DNA of 64,000 bases from Terriglobia bacterium (GTDB lineage Bacteria; Acidobacteriota; Terriglobia; 20CM-2-55-15). The stretch lies in NCBI GenBank assembly GCA_963664115.2, contig CAXWPJ010000009.1:1229898-1293897 (forward strand), given 5' to 3'. The notes under the pieces are model-generated. The model had not been told where the DNA came from. It made no database searches and saw only the letters and a program-made list of their open reading frames with translations. The translations under genes were made by a program, and so were the position numbers. This document shows, piece by piece, positions 40,455-49,353 of the stretch (its first letter is position 1; each line of letters starts with the position of its first letter).

Positions 40455-42134
40455 CTAGCGGGTCTGATCCTTTAGTCTAGACAGAATCCGCTCTTCCTTC
40501 CGTTCCATGTTCTCTTCAGTCCCGCGACGCGCGATGCTGTAATCGTTCATATCGACGAGCATATGTTCGGCGAGGAGAGGAAACTTGCTCCGGACCAGCT
40601 TGTACTTTTCCTGTTCGATCCTACGGTATGTCGGGTGCCCTTGAGAGATCGTGCGCAATTCCGTTTCCCAGAACAGCTGCCTGAAGTTCTGCCACTGGTA
40701 AAACCTGACGCGGTACGCAAGCGGGACAACGTACTGAGCCAATTCGGGTTCTCGCGTTTCGAGGGTGTGAAATAGTCCGCTGGCGCGGTCCAGTGCCTTT
40801 CTGTACCGGTCTTCGAAACCCGCTTCCGTGATTTCCGTCGGAACATCGTATCCATGATGCGTCGAGAACATCTGGCGTTCCTGGGTCATCATCCTGTGCC
40901 GGTGGAGATCGCGATACGAGCCGACGTCCACCAGTATTTCGAAACGAAGATAAGAGTTCTCCAGCGAGCGGCCGACCTTATACCAACGTGCCGGGCGTTC
41001 GGCCAGATACCGTTCGAGCAGGTCCCTCTTCTCTTGATCTGAAAGCCCACAGACGGTTTGAAAAGCCTCGTCCCAGCCTACACGCGTGTGGGCGAACAAT
41101 ATGCCGGTCAGGACCTTTTTCTCGGCGTCTGAATCCCATTCAACGAGTCTGACTCCCGCCTGGGAATCTTCGGGGGCGGAGCGTGGCGGATGCTGGGCGG
41201 CGAATTCGCGAACGCGTTCGTGCTTTCGAGTCAGATACTCCTGATAGCCTCTCGATTTTTCATCTTGCAGCCTCAAAAGTAACGATGGAATTTCCTTGTC
41301 CAGTTCCTGCTTGAGCGCGGTCGCAAGCCAGCGTAATTCACCCAAAGGATGCTGTGTCGTCCGGTTGAGGAGGTATTCAAAGGACTGGGCATTGCCTCGG
41401 AGTGCCACCTGTCCCAACGTGGCCATCGGAAGCAAGCCGCGCAAAGTATCAAAAGCCTTTTTCTCGAGAATCGAGTCGCTCTCGTCGAAATTGGTTTTGA
41501 GCCATTCCTGGAGCGGTTCGAGCAGTGCGACATAGGTATCGAAGAGGCAGTCCATGGTCGATACATAGTCATCGAGGCAGTCCAGTCGTTCCAGATCGGG
41601 CCGTGGCACGTAGTACAGGTAACGGCCGCCGACCTTGTTCCCGAAATTGACATAGCGCGTGGATTTTTCGATTGGCTCGAGACCGATCCGTTGATCCTCT
41701 ACGAATTTCATCGCGACTTGTGAGATGCCCCAGAAGATGACGTGTGTGCCGGTCATCTGCGCAATGGAGTCGTCCCCGTACTGGGAAAGCCATTTTGCGT
41801 AAAACTTCTGGGCGCGATGGTTGTCGAGTATGTTTCGAAAACCGTGTTCCCTGAAGAACTGGACTGTCGATTCCAGTTCCCGGGCCAGCGCCTGATCGTC
41901 TCCGTCGACGATGGGATAGATGTACTCCTTCAGCAGGACTTCCAATAAAGAACCCCGAGCCCGGCTGGCCCTGGAACAGAGTGCACCGACGATTTCGGGG
42001 GGGAGGTTTCTCAGTACCGACACGAGCCCCCCCGCATTCGTCGCGAAGGGGTCGAGGAAATGGAGATCTCGTTCCGACCAACTGTGGGGTGTGAAATCGG
42101 GCGCGTACTGTTCGGGACCTCGATCAGAGTTCAT
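40455..42134 (-). CDS. thyX: FAD-dependent thymidylate synthase, long two-domain type
   Basis: YGDDSIA, EKSTRY, FDTLRGLLP, RDLHRHRMMTQ, ELRTISQGHPTYR. Confidence 0.8.
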   Translation of the reverse strand: MNSDRGPEQYAPDFTPHSWSERDLHFLDPFATNAGGLVSVLRNLPPEIVGALCSRASRARGSLLEVLLKEYIYPIVDGDDQALARELESTVQFFREHGFRNILDNHRAQKFYAKWLSQYGDDSIAQMTGTHVIFWGISQVAMKFVEDQRIGLEPIEKSTRYVNFGNKVGGRYLYYVPRPDLERLDCLDDYVSTMDCLFDTYVALLEPLQEWLKTNFDESDSILEKKAFDTLRGLLPMATLGQVALRGNAQSFEYLLNRTTQHPLGELRWLATALKQELDKEIPSLLLRLQDEKSRGYQEYLTRKHERVREFAAQHPPRSAPEDSQAGVRLVEWDSDAEKKVLTGILFAHTRVGWDEAFQTVCGLSDQEKRDLLERYLAERPARWYKVGRSLENSYLRFEILVDVGSYRDLHRHRMMTQERQMFSTHHGYDVPTEITEAGFEDRYRKALDRASGLFHTLETREPELAQYVVPLAYRVRFYQWQNFRQLFWETELRTISQGHPTYRRIEQEKYKLVRSKFPLLAEHMLVDMNDYSIARRGTEENMERKEERILSRLKDQTR

Positions 42135-42317
42135 GGTATCGGAGCGAACTATAGCAGAGAGAGTGTCAATACAGGACCGGCGTGGGTCGGTTCGAGCGTT
42201 CTTTCAAGGTGTGGACAGGCAAGAGGCCTGGCAATCAGGATGATAGCGCCAGACGCCCCTCGCTCGGCCCAGCGCGGTTGACGCGACATGGATGTCCGCC
42301 GGGAGAACCAGGGCTCG

Positions 42318-43082
42318 CTACTTGATCCTGAACACGATGTCGTCGCCCCGGCTCTCAAACTCCGAGCCGGGTTGGTCGGCCGCTGTCTCCAGTATCCGAT
42401 TCGGACCGGCGGACAGAACCAAAACAGCGATCGTGGGCAACACGGCTGCACTGCCGAGCTCTCTGAAGTGCCTGACGTGTAACTTCCGGACATTGATCAT
42501 GTATTTGCCGCCCCATGGGTCGGCCTTCGACATCGTGGCGACATAAGGTCCAGACCAGCCCTGTTGTGGATTCGGGAAGGAGCCCTGTTCCCTGTACGCT
42601 TCGTTGCCCTCAAAGGTGATGCCGCTATCGAGACTGCGGAGGTCAATTCGATTCCGCAGGAGATGGCCTTCGATCGTATCGTCCGATACGGCTACTTCGT
42701 GGCCGAAGACTTCGGCCAGCGAGGCGTAGGTGACCGGTTGGGGCGGTATGTCCCAGGTTTGGGTCAGATCCTCCGGGTAGACCCCGCTTTCAGAAACCAG
42801 ATTGTTGAAGAATTCATCGTTGGGGCCCACCTGGGTACCAACCTTGAAGACAGGGAAGAACGTGTTGTCCTTGTAGAAGGTGACCACACCCTGAGCGATG
42901 GTATTGACTTCGCTCACCGCAGCTTGAATCTTGGAATCGTTGATGGCATCCACGCTACCAGCGATGGCCACCGTTGCCAGCATGGCGCCGAGCGCTATCG
43001 TGGCCGACGCTTCAACCAGAGAGGTCGCAACGCCGTCATTATCCTCGAACATTCTGCGAACTACGGATAGAACGTTCATCAT
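42318..43082 (-). CDS. Pilin/GspG-like protein with atypical prepilin leader
   Basis: DNDG-VATSLVE + hydrophobic helix; GWSGPY, DPWGGKY, VLSAGPN, GDDI. Confidence 0.75.
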   Translation of the reverse strand: MMNVLSVVRRMFEDNDGVATSLVEASATIALGAMLATVAIAGSVDAINDSKIQAAVSEVNTIAQGVVTFYKDNTFFPVFKVGTQVGPNDEFFNNLVSESGVYPEDLTQTWDIPPQPVTYASLAEVFGHEVAVSDDTIEGHLLRNRIDLRSLDSGITFEGNEAYREQGSFPNPQQGWSGPYVATMSKADPWGGKYMINVRKLHVRHFRELGSAAVLPTIAVLVLSAGPNRILETAADQPGSEFESRGDDIVFRIK

Positions 43083-43223
43083 CTCACTCCTTTTTTAACA
43101 GGTTTTTTTCGCAATTCGGGGTCAACGTCCCTGGAGGGAGTCGAAACGAAATTCTCGATAGTAATGTCGGATGGGGGGAATACCGGCCGGCAGATCACGG
43201 TCGGCGAATCTCACGGATTCGAT

Positions 43224-43313
43224 CGATGTGTCGCCTGTCTTTTGCTACACGGACCGGACCGATGTGTCGCTTGTCTTTTGCTATACGGACCGGACCGATG
43301 TGTCGCTTGTCTT
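43224..43313. repeat. 36-bp tandem repeat, 2.5 copies
   Basis: CGATGTGTCGCYTGTCTTTTGCTAYACGGACCGGAC head-to-tail without spacers. Confidence 0.9.
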
Positions 43314-43466
43314 CAAATAAAGGACACGATGCCATGGTTGCCTTACTCCTGTAGCGGAAACAAACAACCTAGAGAACTAGGCGAATCTTATAGAAGGAAG
43401 GTCGTCCGGTCAATTCAAACTGGCAAACAACAGCCGTTTACGGAAACAGGCGTCTGCTGCATCTTC

Positions 43467-43952
43467 CTACCAGTACCCGATCAGCCGGCCCGCACTGATA
43501 GCCGTCAGCCAGCACGCGAGCGATATGCCACCCACGACTGATAGTTGGAACTGTTCGCGCGACGAGAGCTCCCGCGCGTTTCTTTCTTTCCAGGCCGGCA
43601 AGAGATTCAGGGCGGCGACATTGATAAGGCCCAGCATGATGGCCGGAAACTTGATGTAGAGAAACGGGTTGCCGATGTACTCCGTCGCGTTGGTCGCGAT
43701 CAGGCAGAGGCCACTGGCTGCGGCAAGGGTGAAACCAGCTGTCGCGATGGGTACGCTAGGTCTGGCGACATCGGGAAGGGCAACCTGACGCCATGCCCCC
43801 AACAATCGGAGGTCGAGAACGAGAAGAGCACCGAACAGTGAAGCCACACCCAGGATGTGGGCGAGGTTAACGATGCCGTAGGTCCATACGCCGGATTCTC
43901 TCATGGCGTGGCCCAGAAGGGAGCCTTCAAGCCACGCCATGAATGCGTACAA
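43467..43952 (-). CDS. DUF6644/DUF2214-like membrane protein
   Basis: AHILG...LDLRLLG; NPFLYIKF; AGRLIGY; RBS GGAGGAG. Confidence 0.75.
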   Translation of the reverse strand: MYAFMAWLEGSLLGHAMRESGVWTYGIVNLAHILGVASLFGALLVLDLRLLGAWRQVALPDVARPSVPIATAGFTLAAASGLCLIATNATEYIGNPFLYIKFPAIMLGLINVAALNLLPAWKERNARELSSREQFQLSVVGGISLACWLTAISAGRLIGYW

Positions 43953-43976
43953 ACTCTCCTCCGGTGCGGTACTAGC

Positions 43977-45823
43977 CCCAAAACAAGCGCATAACCAGTC
44001 CGCCGAGGCCCAGTTCGCGCCGATAGAATTCGAGGCATAGAATCCCGTTCCCGGATGGCCTGTTCCAGGTATCGAGTTTCTGTTGAATCTGTTTCAGTTC
44101 AGCCTCGCTGGTGTTGGACGGTTGACAGAAACCGGGACCTCGATCGCCCGGGCTCAGAGTCATGATCGGGTCAACATCGCAGAGGCTGACGCAACACATC
44201 CACCCCGCGGAACAAGACCGGCAACCACCGGTTCCAGGCCAGGATCCGGAACAGAATGCGCCGCCCGGTGCGCACGAGTTGGCACGGCACAAGCATGAAA
44301 GCGTTCAAGAAGGTTTTGAACTTCATGCGCAGCACGGTTTGCTTCTCAGCCTGATATTTTTGGCCCCAACGTCCGGTTTCGGGAAGCAGCAATGCAAACC
44401 ACGCTTTCAGTGTCCAGGCCAGTGACGCGATCACCATGTAGGCCCAGTTGCTGGTCTGATCTCCGACCGGCATCCGCAACGCCTGAACGCCGTTCTTCAA
44501 CTGCTCAATGAGATTCTCCTGATTGCACCGTTGATTGGCACGCATCACAATCTGGTCGGCCGGATCCGAACGGTTGGTAATGTAGAAGAAGTACCGGATG
44601 TCGTCAAACAACACCTGCTCTCCTTTGGCCACCGACAGATTCTTCCGCACCACGACGACACGGTAGTCCCGATCGCAGGCTCCGGGTCGATACCGAAACT
44701 CGGCCACATCCTCACCCTGCAAGCGGATATTGTCGAAACCGCGCTGCCGAACGATCTCTTCCTTCACGTTGTCGGGACGTTGGCGCGGTTCGGTCGCCAC
44801 GTCGTATTTCGCGGGCCGTTCCAGGCGCTTCCACTGGCGCGGCTCCAGTTCATCGGCCCGGGCCTTCAGGTTCGCCATCGCGTCAATCCCGAATATGAAA
44901 CCCACCTGCTGGTCGTCCCATCCGTCCAGATGCCGGGTCTGGCTGAAGTCCGTGTCCCCGCGCAGCAGGATCTGGCGAAACCCCGCATGCCGGCACAATG
45001 CGATGGCTTGGTCGAACCGGACCGCGGCTCCTTCATGCGACGGCCGGTTGCCGCTACGATTGACCAGATACAGCGGTTCGGCGGTGTTGGCCAGCGAGAT
45101 CATCAGCGGGTGATATCCCCACGTCCCGTCGTAGGCCACGTCCATCCCTTGCTTGCATTCCCCCGTGGTTTCGGCCAGTGTCCCGTCCGCGTCCAACACC
45201 GCTTCTTCGAAAAACGCCGCCGGTTGCTGTCGCCAGACTCCGAGCCGGACTTGATTGGTTGCCTCCATCAGACACTCCACGTCGTCGGCCTCGAATCTCC
45301 GGCAGAAGTCTCCCGCCGTCGTCGGATCCGGAATCCGTTGCGCTCCCAGCGCATCCAGATACACCGCATCGTTGCGCCGCAGTTCGATGTCTTCCAGGCA
45401 CGTTCCTCCGCTCAAGGCGTTGTAGGCGATGTTCAGCACGTGATCCGACTCGTGATACGGCAGGTGCCGCTTCAACACATGCACGCCCTTGTCGATGGCT
45501 TCGATCAGCCCGGTCCGCCGCGCCACCAGTTGCATCGTCCCGATACCACCAACCGATGTGCCCCGCGTCCGCTCTCCCATCTCGTACTGAATGTTGCTCG
45601 CCGAAAACATCGGCTCTACCTGATCCGTCCAATGCCGGTCCCCAAGCCGACGTTCGATTCGCCGCTTGCGGTTCCTCATGTTCTTGCGCGTATAATCGTT
45701 CATCTGAAATGCCTCCTTTTCCGAAGAATCTGTTCAAGGTTTTTTTCGCACGGAGAGGGGGCATTTCGGGTACTTCCGCTCTTATTGCACTATCATTTCC
45801 TCGTCAATCACGCTTGTTCAGGG
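43977..45823 (-). mobile_element. IS1380-family element copy 3
   Basis: TSD ACTAGC (43971-43976, 45824-45829); inserted at the TAG stop of the upstream gene. Confidence 0.95.
44171..45703 (-). CDS. IS1380-family transposase (one E->K change, RMKFK)
   Basis: 510 aa, otherwise the same as the other copies. Confidence 0.92.
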   Translation of the reverse strand: MNDYTRKNMRNRKRRIERRLGDRHWTDQVEPMFSASNIQYEMGERTRGTSVGGIGTMQLVARRTGLIEAIDKGVHVLKRHLPYHESDHVLNIAYNALSGGTCLEDIELRRNDAVYLDALGAQRIPDPTTAGDFCRRFEADDVECLMEATNQVRLGVWRQQPAAFFEEAVLDADGTLAETTGECKQGMDVAYDGTWGYHPLMISLANTAEPLYLVNRSGNRPSHEGAAVRFDQAIALCRHAGFRQILLRGDTDFSQTRHLDGWDDQQVGFIFGIDAMANLKARADELEPRQWKRLERPAKYDVATEPRQRPDNVKEEIVRQRGFDNIRLQGEDVAEFRYRPGACDRDYRVVVVRKNLSVAKGEQVLFDDIRYFFYITNRSDPADQIVMRANQRCNQENLIEQLKNGVQALRMPVGDQTSNWAYMVIASLAWTLKAWFALLLPETGRWGQKYQAEKQTVLRMKFKTFLNAFMLVPCQLVRTGRRILFRILAWNRWLPVLFRGVDVLRQPLRC

Positions 45824-45824
45824 A

Positions 45825-46196
45825 CTAGCTGCGGTTGGGATAGACGTTGAACGTCTGTCCGTTCCACATCACCCGTTCCGTCTTGACCTCAAACCGGCTC
45901 TGGTTGCGGTGGCCGTGCAGCGTGACTTCGGCTCCGACTGGAATGACGTCTTCAGTCAGACCCGCACGGCTGGTGCGGGCTGGAGGCGCCAGAGTGACGT
46001 CCCAAACCTGACCGTCAACCATCAGCTGCATTGTTGCGTGGGGTCCCGCAAGGCTTACAGCCCTGTGAACGATGCCCGTGATTTCAAATTCTTCGGTTTC
46101 GTTTCCGCCCCAACCGTGATGGGCCCAAGCGGGAGCGGCCAAAAGCGACAGCGCAAGAACGCCGATTCCGATCGTAAAAGAGAATCTTGAACGCAT
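45825..46196 (-). CDS. Exported DUF6152-like protein
   Basis: RBS AAGGAG; signal peptide AWA-HHGW; GPH; WDVTLAPP. Confidence 0.75.
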   Translation of the reverse strand: MRSRFSFTIGIGVLALSLLAAPAWAHHGWGGNETEEFEITGIVHRAVSLAGPHATMQLMVDGQVWDVTLAPPARTSRAGLTEDVIPVGAEVTLHGHRNQSRFEVKTERVMWNGQTFNVYPNRS

Positions 46197-46491
46197 AGTC
46201 GAACTCCTTTGATTCGTGACACGAGATTTTGTGGTTGCTCTCCGCGCATACCGCAGTGCCACCCTTGAGGTTACCGGAGTGACGCCGCCAGACCAAAGAC
46301 TTTCGCACGGGCGGTCTGGGAATTGGTGTTGTCGTTGAGACAAGGTAGTGGAAGAGCTCAGAGTGAAGGGAAACGCGTCCCCGCCAAGGCGGTAAACCTA
46401 GGAGACGACAGGGACGCCCCCTTCTACCCCCTGAAATCGGCTAGCCCAGCCTTCAACTTTAGGAATGTTGTCATCGGGGGAATTCCGAATC

Positions 46492-46623
46492 ATGGAAACC
46501 GGCACCAGATATGGCCATTACGAGATCCTCGCACTCAAAGGCAAGGGTGGCATGGGTGAAGTGTGGCGTACGCGAGACACCGGGTTCGGGTGTGCAGCGG
46601 CGACCAAAGGCTCCATTACATGA
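46492..46623 (+). pseudogene. Ser/Thr protein kinase 5' stub (below the ORF-track cutoff)
   Basis: [33 protein letters not shown]...stop at 46621. Confidence 0.85.
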
Positions 46624-46629
46624 CGTTCT

Positions 46630-48900
46630 TCAGTAACGGAACGTGTACTGAAACTTTGCCGATACCTTGCTCTCTTGAGCAATAAATTGATAATCGGCGT
46701 CCGGATTCTGAATCCACCCCTGGCTGAAAACAAAGAAAAAGTCATTCCCAGGTCGCAAGGTCCATCGGGCACGGCTCTGCCAGCCGAGATTCAGAGACTT
46801 GTTGTCGAATTGAATCAGATTGGAAAACGACAGAGAGGGCGAAGCCGCATAGTTTACCCGCCAGGTTAGGATTCGGGCGACGAAATCGCCTTGAGGCAGC
46901 CGGGCAAACGTCTGCCTGGCGTCGAACCTGATCGTGAACCATGGCGGTATTCTGTAGGTTACATCCGTATTAAATTGATCGGCGTGCCCAGACCAATAGG
47001 TGCCCGATAGCCATTCCACTCCCAGTTGGAGTCTGCGCTTCGACGCAGTCGTAAAACGATTTCTCCAGCGTGTGAACCGGTATTCGCCGGGCGGGAGGGT
47101 GACGCCGGGGTAAATCTCAAATGGTGCAAACAATCGTTCGTACCTAAGTGAGGGCCAAAAAACGGCATGGAGTGCATCACCAGACTTGAAGTGCCAATCG
47201 ATAGGCCCCTGAACATGAAGGTTCGAGCTTTCTAGCTGTCCCGTATCGAGTCGTGTGAAACGGTTATAGACCACGCCCATGAACATCTGCTGAATACCCA
47301 GGAAATCCTCCGGGCGAGGACTGTAGAAACTGCCAATTCTGAGGAGCCGCAAATTGTTACGCCCAACGAAACCTAGCGCGGGCTTGAAATTCTCCTCGAC
47401 CGTGCGCAAGGTAAACTCCATTTCCACGAGATCGTTCGGATAATCCACCGAGACGCCATAGGACATATCTCGATCGGAAACGCCTTCATTCCGGCTCTTG
47501 AGACCGTACGCATTTAAGATCAGATTCTTCGAGTTGTCCAGAAACTGGGAGGTCGCAAGACGCAGGTCTGCACCGAAGGTCTGGCTCGATGCCGGGAGTG
47601 CCGGGTTACCGTTCGTAAAAATTCCACCGATGTAGGACTGCTCCAACAAATTCACTTTCATCCGTCCTACAAAAAAGTTTTTTGAGGGAATGCCCGCCAA
47701 ATCCCGTGTGCGCACGTCGAGCACGCCTATGTCGGTTCGACCGACTTTGCCGGTTAACTTCGTTCCAAAATCGATGGGAACCTCTGTTCCGGAAAGCAGT
47801 CCGATCTGGCGGCTGAAAAACGGTATCACTTCAAACTGCGTCGGGGCGCGAAACCCCGGCCTCCTCACGGCAGTATCGGAAAACGCAAAGACACCGGCAT
47901 CCTCCAGAAAGAATGTTCTCTTTTCTGGAAAGAACAGAGAGAAGCGCGAAAGATTGATTTGGCGCGCGTCCACTTCCGTTTCGCCGAAGTCCGTATTCAC
48001 GGTCGCCGATAGTTTCAGGTTGGAGGTGAAGTTGTAGAACATGTCGAGTCCCGGCCTGCCGGTGGTCGTATCGTTCCCACTCGCGCTGGTATGGAGCCAT
48101 CGGCCGGCGGAGAAAGGACGAATATCCAAACCGATGCCTTGTGTGATGCCGTCGAGGTTGGTGATTTCACCGGCTTCCGACACCTGGCGGAACTGCGTTT
48201 GCAGGCGCGCTCCGGACCAGCGATCTTCCTCCAGCTTTCGCTGGATTCGCCGAGCGATATTGAATCCCCATACCGTCTCCCCGGGGGGAAAACCCAAGCT
48301 CTTGAACGGAATCGCGATTTCGGCAGACCATCCCTGATCCGTGCGTATCGTCCGCACCTCCCAAATAGCGTCCCAGTTCATGTTCGATTGACCGTTTGCG
48401 AAGAGTAGACCGTCTACCAGAGCACCAGCCGGATTCGTGGCGAAGTAAAAGGCGTTGCGCTGATCGCGATAGGTATCGAGCACAATCTCGATCCGGTCGT
48501 CGGAGCCCAAGTTGGCGTCGCGTGCCATCTGCGTGCCAAGGATCTGATCCGGCTCGGAGTCGTAGCACATGACGCCGATGTATAGATAGTTCGCATCGTG
48601 GAGCAGCGTGACTTCCGTCTTCTCCGTCGGTGTTTCGCCGGTTGCCGGTTCCCTCTGGGTCAACTCGCCAATCTTTGGCGCTGTCTCCCATTCACGTTCG
48701 TCGAGCAAACCGTCAATCTGAATTTCCGACGCGATCGCCGTGACAATTGCAGACCTGGGCGCTCCTGGCAAACTGCTTTCCTGCCAAGGTGCGGCAGCCA
48801 ACATTTGTGCCCCGGCAAAGAGCCATATAAGGACAACTCCAGCGGTCCGTATGTTGACAGGGTCGTTGGTGTGGCCGAGTCGAGTGTGGGGCTTCATCAT
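46630..48900 (-). CDS. CBM9-like/DUF5916 outer-membrane protein
   Basis: IDGLLDEREW, NWDAIW, WSAEIAIPFKSL, NTDFGETEVD, FFPEKRTFFLE, C-terminal KFQYTFRY. Confidence 0.85.
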   Translation of the reverse strand: MMKPHTRLGHTNDPVNIRTAGVVLIWLFAGAQMLAAAPWQESSLPGAPRSAIVTAIASEIQIDGLLDEREWETAPKIGELTQREPATGETPTEKTEVTLLHDANYLYIGVMCYDSEPDQILGTQMARDANLGSDDRIEIVLDTYRDQRNAFYFATNPAGALVDGLLFANGQSNMNWDAIWEVRTIRTDQGWSAEIAIPFKSLGFPPGETVWGFNIARRIQRKLEEDRWSGARLQTQFRQVSEAGEITNLDGITQGIGLDIRPFSAGRWLHTSASGNDTTTGRPGLDMFYNFTSNLKLSATVNTDFGETEVDARQINLSRFSLFFPEKRTFFLEDAGVFAFSDTAVRRPGFRAPTQFEVIPFFSRQIGLLSGTEVPIDFGTKLTGKVGRTDIGVLDVRTRDLAGIPSKNFFVGRMKVNLLEQSYIGGIFTNGNPALPASSQTFGADLRLATSQFLDNSKNLILNAYGLKSRNEGVSDRDMSYGVSVDYPNDLVEMEFTLRTVEENFKPALGFVGRNNLRLLRIGSFYSPRPEDFLGIQQMFMGVVYNRFTRLDTGQLESSNLHVQGPIDWHFKSGDALHAVFWPSLRYERLFAPFEIYPGVTLPPGEYRFTRWRNRFTTASKRRLQLGVEWLSGTYWSGHADQFNTDVTYRIPPWFTIRFDARQTFARLPQGDFVARILTWRVNYAASPSLSFSNLIQFDNKSLNLGWQSRARWTLRPGNDFFFVFSQGWIQNPDADYQFIAQESKVSAKFQYTFRY

Positions 48901-48944
48901 TTAATGTGTGTCGAAACCAACTGAAATCGTAGGGGTAAATCTAA

Positions 48945-49205
48945 CTACAGATGGGCTTTAGAAACAATCAAAGTCTCGACATTAGGTTGGGGCTTCCCTT
49001 TTTCTCCCCCCGCGTGCGACACCACGCCGAGCAACTCCCCCGACTCATTTATGATGGGGCCGCCGCTGGTTCCTCCTTCGATGTCTCGTCGGCCTCCAAC
49101 TTGAAACTCGGCCAGTCGCCTCTTGGCGACAATGAGGATGTGATGTCTCGGTGAGCCAGCGGGACAAACAGAAGTCCCGTTTTTGGACACTGAGAATCGC
49201 TTCAA
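48945..49205 (-). pseudogene. Trypsin-like serine protease fragment
   Basis: IEGGTSGGPIINESGELLGVVS. Confidence 0.5.
49172..49197. repeat. Palindromic repeat copy R4 (internally shortened)
   Basis: AAGTCC-cgttttt-GGACACTGAGAAT; right arm identical to R1. Confidence 0.55.
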
Positions 49206-49353
49206 TTAGATTTGTTTTTCACTGCGTTGACAGGGTAGAACTCCCAGCTTACAATTTGCACCTCTACAAAAAAGGCCAGCATAGACTTAAGATACTGTGC
49301 CCACGGGCGCTGTTCGAGTCGAACACGGACAGTTCGTTTACCGGAGGTCTTAG

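Noticed and set aside
43224-43313. 36-bp repeats as a CRISPR array
   Set aside because: Units are head-to-tail with no unique spacers, and there are no cas genes in the window.
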